Below, one piece after another: positions 38,451 to 51,860 of a stretch of 64,000 nucleotides of DNA. A program made the translations under genes and the position numbers. Origin of the DNA: Vicugna vicugna (taxonomy: Eukaryota); assembly GCA_013265495.1 (NCBI GenBank), contig MU058387.1, positions 992,001 through 1,056,000 of the forward strand, in the 5' to 3' direction. Below the pieces are notes generated by a model that was not told the DNA's origin, did no database searches, and saw only the letters and a program-made list of their open reading frames with translations. Each line of letters opens with the position of its first letter. The stretch's first letter is position 1.

Positions 38451-40241
38451 TATTCAAATCAGTTCATTGATTGCCCCCAGGAATGGGAAAGAAATACCAC
38501 GCAGTTGACCATGTTGGTAGCTGACCAGGCAAGAAATCTGATGTCCTTTCATCACCTGCCTGAGCATCTTAATAGCTGCATGAATATTGAACTACAATGT
38601 TGATGCATTGTCTAGATTTCTCAACCTCTGGCTACAGTGTTGGATATGAGTACATGAAATACGACTTCTATCTGTAATAATAGAATCACCAGGGAATGTG
38701 AGTTAATTAGAATATCGCTGCAAAAGTTTGGGCAAAGGCCCATTAAATGTCACAACTTCAGCAAACATGGGTTGTTGAAAAATGCTAGTTTCTGGGAATA
38801 TGTTCATATTATCTTATTAAGGGACAACTTATAACTCCTGTCACCACCCTAACCCCACCGAATGATTGTTACTGCCGGTCTTGAGGGAACGGAGGTATGT
38901 GTTATAGGAACACAAGGCAATAGTCCATGTATTACTTTTTCCATTTGCATGAAGACACGGACGAGACGATTCTAAGAAAACTTCTCATCACTCAAAATGA
39001 TTTTTTTGTGAATAGATGTTTTCTTATCTACAATCACGCTCTTTGTTTTCAATGTGAAGTCTTTTCCAGGCAGTTTCAGTATAAAGAAAGAACTGCTATT
39101 TTGTGTCTGTCAGTAATGCTTAGGTGTTAGGGACAAAAGAAATGTTTAACTAGATATAAATAGGATAATTTGTCTAAGTATAAAGGAAGAAGGGAAAACA
39201 AATTCTTATTTAATAAAGCTTTGAATCCAGGCATGTTTTCTGTTGCCAGCAATTATTGCCTAACTTGATAAGCCAGCAAATCATTATTGGAAAACGTTTG
39301 TGAAAATATAGTATCGCTTTACCGCTATCAGCCTATAACTGCCTGCATGAATTACTCTTGAACACTGATTTTGCTCTGCTCTGATGAGGAAAGGCAAAAG
39401 TGTGGGTACCAAATTCTAAGAACAGAACTGCTCAATTACCACTTGTGTTAATTTGAATCCCACAGGACCGCACCACATTTAAATGATTGATATTGATTCA
39501 AGAAATAGACCTCAAATGAGCTGGTATGGCAGACACACGATTAATCTCCATTGAAATGAGAATGAAATTGTGATGAGGGAAGCTGGCCAAAGGTTTGCCC
39601 AATCACAATGGGATCACCAAGGTCTATGATAATTTTTAATATTTGCTCTAGTAATTAACACCAGAAGTTTGTCAGGATAACGGACTAACAGAAACATTTA
39701 GGGAAACACTTAGAGACTACATGTGGGAAAAGCCAGTGGAGAGCGTTCGGTATTTGAAGAGTGTCTGAATATAAAATGTCTGGAAGGTCTAAGGGTAGTA
39801 CATCAGATCCTTTACAGAAGCTATGCCATGAAAGAAGTTTTTCACTTCCTTCAAATTATTGTATTTTTGAATAAACTGTTTTCTGTACTATGCATTTGAC
39901 CTGAGATAGCAGTGCTATGGGGAAAGCTAAAAACATGCTAAGGATTTCAAGCAATCTTTAAAGACAAGAGAAGTTAATTAAGATTAGGAAAGAGAAAAGA
40001 TAAGAACTGTCAAAAATAATAACAAAGCAAACTTAGAACAATTGTTAAGGAGAGGACTGTGTAATTCGCATACTGGAGGCACTTCGATCAGAGGAGGAAA
40101 CAAAGTATTTTTGTTTTATGTTTGGCATGTCTTGCTTTGCATCAGGACCAAGACTCCCAACATTTTGGATAGCCAAGCTTTTTCTATCTGACTTACTTAT
40201 TTTGAGCAGTATCTGGCAGATGGTAGTGATTCAGTCTTGTG

Positions 40242-40260
40242 CTGCCACCAGGGGGCGCAC
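40242..40260 (+). promoter_or_regulatory. CTCF binding site (forward orientation)
   Basis: GCCACCAGGGGGCGC at 40244-40258 is an exact match to the CTCF core consensus, with a retained CpG in otherwise CpG-poor unique DNA. Confidence 0.8.
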
Positions 40261-40997
40261 TGAGAGAAGGTTCCAGTGTGGGGCTCTTCACATCACACCA
40301 ACGGGGACTGCCAAAGTGTTCTCCTGGTTGGCTGAGTCCTTGCATTTCAATATAGGCATGAGAACATGGGTCTTTGTTGATCACAAGGGTAGAATACATC
40401 TTTTTAGTTATTATAAAGTTTGGGTTTTCTGCAGGAAATTAAGAGCAGGCCCGCAGGAGACACTAAATCTATTTTCATAAAAATAGCAGTTACAGCCCCA
40501 GTATTAATCTTTGATCTGTTTGAATCAAGGCAATGATAATACTATCTTTATATAACAGAACTATTCTAAAAGAACTGAATGTTTTCCATCAGATCATACT
40601 CAAACTCTGCCTTTCTAGTTGGTGTTACTGGCGGTGGCTTCACTTTTAGTTTAGGAATTTCAGAAAAAGTTAAATTATTCTCCAAAAGAAGACTCTGGTG
40701 ATCAAAAGTTAATAACATGGTTAGTTTTACCTATGATTCAGATTCATCACTGACTTATTCTTAACCAGGAACTGGAGGCTGGGGTGCCCAGGAATGGTAC
40801 CAACGTCCTAGAGTCTAGGCTGAAAAGATTCAGAGCTGAGCTTCTTATGGCATGTATCTCTGGTAAGCAGATAGTTCATGGATGGAAGCTAATCTACTGA
40901 AAACATTCGTCTGCATGCTGGGTGCAGATACAGTCCACACAGTTTCAGATCATATGCTTAAGACTCCTGCTACAAGACACTGGCATTTTCTTTCACT

Positions 40998-41802
40998 TTT
41001 TTTTTTTAATAGCTTTTTTGAAACAAATTCATATACCCTGCATCCATTCAAAGTGTACAATTCAGTCTTTTTTTTGGTATATTCAGAGACTTGTACAAGC
41101 ATCACCGTAATCTATTTTAGAAATTTTTGTTTACTCCATTTCCTTCCAACTACTTCACAGCTAAAAGAAAACACTAACCTATCTCTATAGATTTATCTAC
41201 TCTGGACATTTTACATAAATGGAACTATAATACACGTAGTCTTTGTGACTGGCTTCTTTAGCAAAATGTCTTCGAGGTTCTCCATGTTTTAACAGGTATC
41301 AGTATGTCATTCCTTTTTCATTGCCAAATAATATTTCATACACATGAAATAAATATATATAAATATTTTTATTTTCAAATATTTTATATTTTTGGACATA
41401 TCACATTTTATTACCATTCATTAGTTGGTTAATTAATCGATTAGATTGTTTCCATGTTTTGCATATTATGAATAATGCCACTGTGAACATTCATGTGTGT
41501 ATATTTGTGTGGACGTAGGTTTTTATTTCTTTAAGATATATTACCTAAGAGTACAACTACTGGATCACATGGTAACTCTATATTTAACTTTCTGAGGAGC
41601 CATCAGATTCTTCAAAAGTGGTAGCACCATTTTACATTCCCACCAACAATGTATGAGTGTTTCAGTGTCTCTGTATCCTCATCTCTTTATATTATCTCTT
41701 TTATTACAATTATCCTAGTGGATATGAAGTGGTTCTTATGGTTTTGATTTGCATTTTCCTGGTAAATAGTGCTGTTTAGCATGTTTTCATGTGCTTATTG
41801 GA
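40998..41802 (-). mobile_element. L1MB-type 3' region
   Basis: Poly-T followed by aatagcttttttga...aaagtgtacaattcagt...ctggacattttacataaatgga...accattttacattcccaccaacaatgtatgag...catgtgcttattgg. Confidence 0.9.
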
Positions 41803-42739
41803 TGAACTCATTGACCTGTTCTATGTAGAATATATTTCAGAAGGTAATATTTGCAATTACACCAACATTTAAATAATAACCATTGAAAGTAGATATTGTG
41901 TGTTACATAAAATATTAGTATGTGAGTTATATATAAAATGTAAGTGCATTTCATACATAAGATGTGTAATCACATATAATAAACAATATACCGTATGCAG
42001 GTATATTAAATGCAGCGTATCAAATATTTTGGTGTTTCCTGTTTACATGTATCTAAACTGACAACACAATAATGTGCTTCCTCTTTGCAATAACACTGCA
42101 AGGTAGAGAGAGAGGCATCTTTATTATACTCATTTTAGAGACAATAATCTTGCAGCTGCTCTTTCAGACCTACCTAAACTACTGAAGTACATTTATTGGT
42201 GAGTTTTTTTCCATGTACCCTGAGTGTAATGCAGTAAAAAGAGGGATGTGAGTTTCCTGGTCACACTAAGAAGGTAGTTTCTTCCAAATCTGGAAGAAGA
42301 GAGTTTGGGTTTGAACAGGATTGTATCAGATTAGATAAGTGCTAACACAAAAGAAATGGCCAAGAGATTTTATTCTTTTATCATTTTTTATTCTAATTAT
42401 CATTCATTCAACATGCATCATATATAGATAAATATTCTGCACTGTAAGTAAATGCAATTTACATATGGTCTTATATTTATTATATGTTATGTATTATGTA
42501 TTAATAAACATTCTTAGGTAATTCTTAGGTATATTAGTATTATATTTTATATAACCTGCTATACCTAATTGCTAGAAATCCTTTCCTAAAATTAGTCAAT
42601 ATAGATGTCAAGTGACATACCTAGCTACCTGAAATTATTCCCATGAAATTTCAACAAATGATCCATATTTTATATATGAGAATGTGGAAGACTTAGTTGT
42701 TCTCTCTATTATCTATGCTCTTCTTTTTTCATAATAAGA

Positions 42740-43100
42740 GTGGCTTAAATCTACATTTCTTATCCTCCCTTGCAGTTAAATGTGGCCACATACATAAGTT
42801 TTAGCCAATGGATATGAGTAGAAATATTTGAAATTTTAGGTCTTCCTCTTAAAAAGAAGGCTCATACTTTGCACCCACTCCTTTTGTTGTTTTCTGCTGC
42901 CTGGATTGCAGATGTGAAGGTGGGAGCTGGAGCAGCAATTTTGGGCCAAGCTATGGAGACATTTCGTGGAGTCCGGGAGAGCAAAATAGAAAGATCCTGG
43001 ATTCCCCAAAACTTGAAGCTGCCGTTTCAGCCCTGACCTGCTTAGTTCGTGTTCACTATTTTCAGTCTCTGTTAGAGCAGCTGAAACTATCCTAACCAGG
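42740..43100. mobile_element. ERVL-MaLR solo LTR (MLT1I/J-like)
   Basis: ctacatttcttatcctcccttgcagttaaatgtggcc...ctgctgcctggattgcagatgtga...ggagctggagcagcaattttgg. Confidence 0.7.
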
Positions 43101-43109
43101 AAACTGCTT

Positions 43110-43745
43110 CATCCACAAGGAGTCTTTGTTCTCCATTAGCCCTGCAATCGGCAAAAACTGATGTACTGTTTGTCTTAGGTATTGTCTATTCTAGAGCATT
43201 TTTCTGCAATTCCTTCAACCAGATTTCATGCAACACCGTTCATGGACATCTCACCTTCTTGGACTGATTCTTTATCAATATTTCTCTGAAATTGCGTTGC
43301 ATAGAATGAAAGAAACCTTACTCTAGATATACGCTGAGACGCAGAGAGCAGACCGCTTACTCTCAGGATAGGAAGGCAGTGCAATTCTGAATTGGCTTAT
43401 CTAAAAATCTCATTTATTTATTGTCAGTCACCAGGCTGAGATTTTATCACTTACAGACTGCGAGCAGGGGGCTGGAGTGATCAAAGGTGAATTTTCGCTG
43501 AATACTTATGCAATTTGCAGTGAACGAAAACGTGCCTTCATAGCCTGTTACCCAGTCGGAGCTTCCCCATACTGTATCAGTAACATTAATACTTTAAGAA
43601 ACTTTACACACATTTTCATAATTGTTAAATTTCACTGGGTTATTTGCTGACATGGGGCCAACCTGTTAAGTTCAACGGTTGGTTTTGGGACTTGAGCACG
43701 CCTTGAGAAGAGACAAGGATTCTAACTGCCCATGGATATTTCTGG
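43110..43745 (-). mobile_element. CR1/L3 LINE remnant
   Basis: tcaatatttctctgaaattgcgttgcatagaatgaa...tactctagatatacgctgagacgcagag resembles antisense CR1 ORF2. Highly diverged. Confidence 0.45.
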
Positions 43746-45266
43746 GACTCAGAATGAATGCATACCTCCGTATTGCCAGGCCTTGAGGTAGTAGGAAGGG
43801 GATGACTGAAAACCTAGCCTTCTCTTTGCTGTTTCTGCAACCCTTAGAGTCTTTTCTTTGCAGATTTATGACTTCGATCTGCAGACAGGACGTTCGCTCC
43901 TATCCGAATTCTTGGTCCATATGCGACTCTTCCTTCCGCTGTACTTCCAAAGGATGGAATGCTGACAAGGGCGTTTTAAGTATGGGGTTGTTTCCCTTTT
44001 GCTGCTTGCTATTTTATTCTGCGTAATTTTGGATTCCTTTTGAATTTCTCCCCTCGTTTGCCTGTACTTTCTCCTTGAAAGCCCCTCTGCTAATAGCGTC
44101 AAATAATGCCATTCCTAATCCATCATTCCCTTTCATTCCTTTATGGGAGAACTAGGGCGAGAGGTGGTGAACAACTGTTACGCTCCAACCATTGAAACTA
44201 AAGAAAGCAACTGGAGAGCTGCGGTGAAAGGGCTCTCACCGGGAGCATGTGCGCAGTTGTGAGCAACTGTGAGCTTTCTTCAGCTCTTAATTACGCCCCC
44301 ACAAAAGGCAGTGTTTGCTCTCAGGCACATGGGATTTACCCACCTACTTTTCATTAGGGTTAATGGGGGGCTCTATGCATAAATCCCCTACCCTTCCCCC
44401 AGTATCAGTGGTGGAATAGATGCCAAGAGAGCTTTGTGCAGTTTTGCTCACTGATTGGTTTCAGATGGAACACAAAAGCCAATCTCTGGGCGGGAGCAGG
44501 CTCACCCTCCACACGCTGCACTTCAGGCTTCATTAACACTCGTGGGACTTCTTGTCTCATTTGCTGTCCAGGGAGGGGCCGGACATGATCCTCTCACGGT
44601 GCCCCACTTCATCCCCTCCCAAGCCACTGAAAAGCACTTTTATTTTTTCCCACATCAACTTGACTTATTCTACTTTCCTTGGTATAAGGAGATGGATGGG
44701 AGGAACAGAAGCCAAAAAGACACAAAAAGACAAATTCTTCTCCCTTAGACCCCACAAATATTCTCTAATTTTCCTTCATCTCCTCCAGGTGCCCAGTCCC
44801 ATCTGGACGTCCTACCCGGCCTGAGACTATTTGCTGGACAGTGATGTCATCTTGATGTGCATTTCTCTCCCCAAATCCCTGCTCTTGCTTTTCAGGATGC
44901 TCATATTTATACCTTAATTAGTTTTAGGATTGTTGGAATCTCCAAATCCTCACCCAAATATTTCATTCTCGGCTTGTCAGAATATTATTCATTAGTAGGT
45001 GGGAACTGTCCAAGTTCCCATCAGTGACACATGGACCTCTCTCCATTGTTATTCAGGTTGGCCTTAAATCATATAGCCCACATATAATGCCTTTTCTTTC
45101 TTTAATGTTATTGGTTGGCTTAAACCTGAGTATACTTACTAATGAATTTTTCCATCCACTCTAGGTGTAATGCGGTGAGAAGAGGAATGTGGTTTCCTTG
45201 GCAACCCTAAGAATTTGGTTTCTTACAAATCAAAAGGTTATTCCCAAATTAGGACACATAACCCCA

Positions 45267-45385
45267 TTTTTTTTTTAACTGAAGTAGAGTCAGTTTACAA
45301 TGTTGTGTCAGTTTCTGGTGTACAACATAACGTTTCAGTCATACAGATACATGCATAAATTCCTTTTCACATTCTTTTTCATTAT
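45267..45385 (-). mobile_element. Extremely 5'-truncated young L1 3' tail
   Basis: Poly-T then aactgaagtagagtcagtttacaatgttgtgtcagtttctggtgtaca..., the reverse complement of the 3' ends of the copies at 21115 and 28710. Confidence 0.85.
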
Positions 45386-45929
45386 AAAAATCCCAGATTT
45401 TTGTTCAGCTTCTTACTGAAAGTGATTACACAGTTCCCATCCCATCTGCAGGGATGAGAAAGAGAATGATGAGAAAGTTGGGGAGAGAAGGTGTGATGTC
45501 CTGGAGGATTTACGAGTATCATCTCTTTTGTCAAAAAACAAACACAAACAACATTTTTTATTGAAATAGTTGAAATATAGAATTGATGTTTATTGATTTG
45601 GGTATATCTATCTAGCTCCCACATATTTGTGCATATATAAACATATCATATTTCTATATGTAGGTTATATGGAAATATGAATATATATGGAAAAATCTTC
45701 CCCTAAGCCCAAAGCCAAAATTAGATTTTTTTTCTTAGTTTAGTTTTGCTTACCAGCTCTGATGAAAACAGATTAAAATTTTCAGGGATCATATTGCTTA
45801 TTTAAGCACTAAACTTTTAAAAATGTTACTCATGGTAATGAATGTGCTATTTACAGTTTTACCAAACTTCCATGTATATTATTGTAATTGATACTCAAAA
45901 AAAAAAACTCAGGAATCACTGTCCATTTT

Positions 45930-46067
45930 AAAAAATTTGGGGGGTGTCGGAAGGAGGTAATAAAGTTTATTTATTTTTAATTTTTTTTAAATGGAGGTGC
46001 TGGGGATTGAACCCAGAACCTAGTGCATGCTAAGCACATGCTCTACCACTGAGCTATACTTCCCCCC
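45930..46067 (-). mobile_element. Camelid tRNA-derived SINE (Vic-1 type)
   Basis: The reverse complement reads gggggaagtatagctcagtggtagagcatgtgcttagcatgcac...gggttcaatccccagcacctcc. TSD tcactgtccatttt (45916-45929) and tcactgtccgtttt (46070-46083). Confidence 0.9.
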
Positions 46068-48127
46068 AGTCACTGTCCGTTTTTAATAGTAAGGTATGAA
46101 TCTGTTTTTTTGAGCACCTCTGACACACATCTTTTGCCCCAAGTCGATAATGTTTTACCTTGTTCTAAATTTTCTTTGACGAAAAGAAACCTAAGTCATC
46201 AAGGTAATCAGAAACATCCTGCACTTTAGACTACTCCCCTCTGGAGTGCTTCATAATTTCTCTTATTTTTCAAGTATTTTCCCGTCCCTATATGTGACTC
46301 CATCCTTTTGCTCCTAAGGGTGGAATAAGGAAAAATATTAAGTACAGAATAAAAATGTTACGAACAAAATGACAGCAAAAAATTCTCATTCTTAAAATCC
46401 CAGAAACTCCCTCCCCTTCCCAGATGCAGATTTAATATATGATATGCATGGTGGGAACATTCCTCCCTGAAGTCTGGAGGTCTGGATGGCAAAGGATTAT
46501 TGGTCCTTTGAGGCTGTTGGTTTATACATCATTGGACTTATGCTTATAAGGGATTGGTTCAACGTTAGGCATGACTTCAAGGCTCTTTGGTGATTTGTTA
46601 ATCCTTCCTGTTCAAAGACTGTATAATATTTGTATTTGTTGATTTTTCTAAGAATGAGATACATTTGAGAAAGTAGTAGATCTGATTTACTGACCAAGGG
46701 CATCTGACCAGTGTCAAGGAGTTCTGAGTGTGTCTGTGATATGGAGTGTCCACCTTTCCAAAAGCACCACAATAGCTTGATAATTAAGAACAAATATCTT
46801 TGCTGACAAGGTCTACAGTACTTAATAAATTTTCTATGAGTAGGAGCTACATTGAAAGATGGAGTGGGGCACCTGGGGGTGAACCTCCAAGTCTGACTCA
46901 ACATGGGAAGGTATAAAATGTCAATTACTGCTACTGATGTGGGCCTGGTGGGGCTAGGAGTTTGAAGGGACTGTAGTCATGGGACAATCTGGCTGATTAT
47001 GTAAAAGTGATAAATGCCTTAACGAAAGTATGCATATGAATTAGAAATGAAATAATTTGAAAGTCAATGCAGCATAGACTTCAAATTGCTTTTGGCCTAC
47101 AAGCTTAATACACTGGCACACTCGCATAATAATTAAACCTGGGAGTTACGTTCTTAGAGAGCGAAGTGATCACTCTTCTTGGACAGGCAGGAAGCCTGTA
47201 ATCCTTACATCCACACAGCTCTTAAAAAAAAAAAAAAGATAAATTGAAAGACAGCCTTGTGTCTTAAAAAGCCCAACTCTTTTGTGTATGTGTAGGGGAA
47301 GTGGGAGTGAGTATGCGTGTCTGCTTATAAGTATAACTACCTTTCCACACAAGCTCCTCATTCATGTATGGGCATGATTAATGCCCAGGAGTCAAGTCTC
47401 TCCACTCAGCAGCTCCAGAGGATATGGTTTGGTTGGCTGTGGGTTCAGTAGTCATTGTTTTCCACCCGATGAGAAAGGACTTTGTATATTAAATATCTTC
47501 CCATTTCCCTCCCGTCCACCTCCGCTGATACCCAGGCTGGCTTGTTATAAGTGAAATGAAGAAAAAAGGTAAAACTCAGCAGGGCACAATTATACATCTG
47601 GTAAAGGAGCTCCTCAACCAGTGGTTGTTGCTGCCATCTTCATCAATATTGTGAATAACCTTAATAAATTGGCATCTTGAGCCATGAAAGGACTTGCTCA
47701 AGAGGACAACTGAATCATTGAAGGGCTAGATCTGTATCTTTCCCTTTAAAAAAAAATTGTTGAATGCTTATTATGTATGATCCCTATGAGTAATACAAAG
47801 ATGAGTAACACACACATCCATCCTCAAAACAATACATGATTCTGCAGGGATGAGGAAACAGAACTCCATATTGACCAAAAATAAGAGGGCTAAATCAAGG
47901 GACAGAGAGAATGGGGAGCAGAGCGAGGTAGGGAACCCAGAAAGAGGCCTTCTCCAATTTCAACTTGAGACACAGGGAGATGTTAAAACATCTCCCAGTG
48001 ACTTTGTCGGGAAAGTATTAGATGGTCCAAAAGTGAGAAAAAAAAAAAAAAGGAACAGATGCTCTGGGTGGTATTAAATCCTCTTCTAGCTCATGGGTAA
48101 GAGGGAAGCTTACCTGGGTTTAGAATG

Positions 48128-48312
48128 GCATTGCTCAAATTCTGGCCCAAAGGCCCCCTGCCTCACGGTTGCTTAGAGTGTCCATTAGATACAGATCTGT
48201 GGTATCTTCCTTGTCAAATAGGAATCATTTAAGGGATAAACCCAGAGCTTGCATTTGAAACAAGCTCCTCAGATTATTCTTCTATCCACCAGAATTTAAA
48301 AGGAAGCATTCC
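48128..48312. mobile_element. MER5-type hAT MITE
   Basis: ttgctcaaatt...cccagagcttgcatttgaaacaagctcctcagattattct. Confidence 0.5.
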
Positions 48313-49029
48313 AGATGGAATGACATGGGAAAAATTTGCCAGTGAGCTCATGGAGACGTCTTGGTTAGGTATGGAGATATTACCTGTTTTCCATCTCTGT
48401 ACTCCCAAACTTAATTAATGTAGAATAGATACAAGAAAGGGAAACAACTGAATAAATGATGGAAAGAGGTGAAAAAGAAAATAAATTATCCAAGGATAAC
48501 TATGAGATCTTCCATCTTCACCCAACTGCTGGAGAGACATTCTAAGTATGTGTCAAGGCTTCATGGCCCAGACGGCAAATAACCAGCACATGTACCTCTT
48601 TTCATACCCTTGTGCCCATCACAACCATCATTCATAGGTAACCGCTCTTCCCAGCAGAATCTTAACATTGTCTCAGAATTCATTCAGGCACGTCCCTCCA
48701 TGTAACCACTTCAGTCAACTGGAATTACTGTGGGTGATGAAATCTTCATGCCATACATGGACATACACAATTAATCGTTGTCTCCTTGGAAACAAACAGG
48801 TGAAAAGCCAGTACTTTTACAGGAAGTGACTTTGGGGGGATGGTTTCTGAGAGTCCCTTGTGTTATAAAATAGATGAGAGACTATGTCCTGTTTGGGATC
48901 ACATTTCCTAAAATATAAACATTCTCAGATGGTCATTTGGTTCAGTGGGTAAGAGGGAAAGAACTGTGTGGATAGTTTGGACAACTTTTCTGCTGAATCT
49001 TCATGAGGAATGCTCTTATAGTCATGTAT

Positions 49030-49270
49030 AACTGGTGGTCAGGAGACAGGCTCTGTTACCAGGATGCGTGGGTCACATTCCTACTCTGCACCTTTCACAC
49101 GGTGTGGAAGGACGGACTCATTGCTGCATCTTCAGCTTCCTCCTCTGTGAAAGGGAGGTGATCATATTTGCTACCTCATTGACATATGAGGTGGATCCGA
49201 TGAAATAATGTGGCATCTGGCACGTGAACGCTGGCGACCAGTAACCCATGTGTGTGTAACTATTGTGCTT
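49030..49270 (+). mobile_element. MIR SINE
   Basis: ggtcaggagacaggctctg...ttcagcttcctcctctgtgaaaggg...acctcattg...catctggcac. Confidence 0.7.
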
Positions 49271-51744
49271 CTCTTCTGCACTAGAATATTGAGACCCAGA
49301 AGGACTGAGCAGAATATTGAGATAAAAACCAAAACCAAGCCAAACCAAAACATTGGTATTTTTTTTTTCATTCTAGATTTTAAGCTTGAGTGACAAATAG
49401 AGTCCCACCAAAATCACATATGATCCCATTTCATTTACTGGAGCAGAAGAGCACATATGTGGGCAGAGTTCAAATCCAAGCATAGGGAAATACGCTTTGC
49501 CTGTTGAGACCTCTGGATTATCCTAGAGGATTTAGGTTGGATGGCCATGACCAGGATGGGGTTGGGGGTATGGGTGGCTGAGTGACGATTTTAAAGAGAC
49601 ATGACACACAATACATGGAAAAAAATGTTGTGAAGGAATCCATGCATCTTCTAAGCAATACTGAAAGACGGACAAGACCGCTGTTATTCTAAGTCTATCC
49701 CTCATTGCATCAGCAGCTTAACAGGCCAACATCCTCCTAGACTTCTCTTTGTGGGATTCCCTGCGGTCTGATTTCCAGATCTGCTCTCTGTTGCAGGACC
49801 TGTTCTGAAAGTGCACACTGGCCAGCTTCCTTCCTTTCCAGGCTGGCAAAGTAATGAACTGTTGGTTATAAACAGTTGAAAACAAACATTAGAAGGTCAT
49901 TGTGCTGCTCAGCTTTGATATATTGGGAAATGTGAACTTTAGCAGGGCTTCTAAAGTATCGTCACGCAGGAATTGGGAAGGTAAGCGGATGCATCTATCA
50001 CGGGCAAAAACATGGGCACAGCATCACTGCTTGAAGGTTGAGCATGGAAATGCTCAACCCTGATTAAACGGCCATAATTCCTCAAGGCTGTGACACGGCT
50101 GGCAGGCATGGGAAGCTGGGGCTTTAAAATATAAATTGTTGGAATTTATAATACACTGTCAGTCTGTCAGAAAAAAGGAAGTGTAGGATTCTCTCGAAAT
50201 TCAAACTATTGGCTAATGATTTTAGCATTTTCAAATGCAGATTTGCACAAGTATTTTGATGGTCAAGGGGAAAAACATCTTTTTTTTCCTATTTTAACAG
50301 AAATCCGAGCAGTTTGCATAGAAAGATCATGCTTAATGTTTCTTTAAAATGCGTGCCCTCTTTGACAGGTTGGGTGATTTGTTAGTAGCATTACCTTAAA
50401 GTATGGACTGTGAAGCTGGGATAATTAAGGATGCTGAATAGAAGACTTGTCCTTGAAATTTCAGACACTTATGTTGCAGGAATGAAAACTCAGTGGGTGA
50501 GTACATTTATTTTCTTTCATGATGAAGCCTCCCATATATACACTGCACTTACTTCAATTCTTTCAAGGGATAAAAGAATGCACGGGTAACTTATTGGAGC
50601 AAGAAGGAAGGCATACATCTGGCACTTAGAACTAAGACCTGGGTCATGCTTGGAATGATACTGAGTCCTATTTCTAGAGGTCAGGGTTGTGTCAGTATCC
50701 CATTTATTTTATAGCACTCAGCATATGTATATAGAAGTGATGACTAAATGCTAAGTAAGAAAAGATTTGATTAAGGATCTTAAGATCATAAGTCAACAAA
50801 AGTCATTGCTGATGAGGATTTCAAAGGGATTTTTATAGATCTAAGATATGTTGCCTGGTCAGAGCAATAAGTATTTTTTTTAGCTCTCATTATATGTCTT
50901 GTTACATACCATGGAAGCTAAGACTGAAGAAAAGGGGGGCACTTTCTTCAAGTCGCTTAACACCAGGGGAGGCAAAACTCAACCAAATAAACTTTAAGTA
51001 TAAGTAATTCTGTGCATATAATTGTTTATGAAGAATTGTTAGAATTGTACAAATCAACTTGTATGTATTTAAAGAAGAGAAAGCAAGTTGTTGGGAAGGT
51101 TAAATAAAGGTAGGACTTCAGAAGGACCTTGAATGATGAGGACCATTTTTAAAATCTGATGGATCATTCCTCAGATAGGAAATTTGAAAGGTAAAGGCTA
51201 AGTCCATGCATAACATTAAGACTCTCTCTGTACTTGCTCCACATTATGTTATATTCTGTACGTTCCTTTATCTTTCCTGAAACTGCTCTCTGAACGCTGT
51301 TTTCCAGCCTCAGGCATTAACTCAACAATCCCTGCTCTGCATTTTCCGCTAGTTACTCTTTTCTTCACGCAGGATCTGGTATGCACTCCCACCATAAACT
51401 CTACACAGTTTTGCGAGGGTTCCATCAAATCCTTGTTCCTGTGACAGTGGCTCCTAAGGGGATGGACTCTCCCCTCCCCACACTCTCTTTATTTTCGCAC
51501 TCATGTATGTGTCTTCCTTTTTCCCTGTCTCACCATATTATGCACCCGTGGAGTCTTAGCCATCTTTGCATTCCGTGACGTACCTAACATCGTGCTTTGC
51601 TTATACAAGGTGTACAATAAGTGCCTATTGGATTAAATGTCCGTCTTTCTATGAATAACAGAAAAGTCACATCATGCTCAGGGATTGAAAATGGAAAAAG
51701 CAGATGCCATTTTCCTCAGGACTGAGCAGTTGAGTGCTAGTGGA

Positions 51745-51860
51745 TTAGATTAGAGCCCCTGGAAGTTTGGGTCTGTCTTGTTCACTACTATCTTCCCAAC
51801 GCTTTTGGCAACACCTGATACAAAATAGGTGTTGAAAAATGTTTGCTCCATGAATGAATA
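51745..51860 (+). mobile_element. L2 LINE 3' end
   Basis: gtctgtcttgttcactactatcttccca...cacctgatacaaaataggtgttgaaaaatgtttg...tgaatgaat. Confidence 0.8.

Noticed and set aside
49558..49577. G-rich run as a possible G-quadruplex
   Set aside because: Only three G3+ tracts; it does not meet the canonical four-tract pattern.
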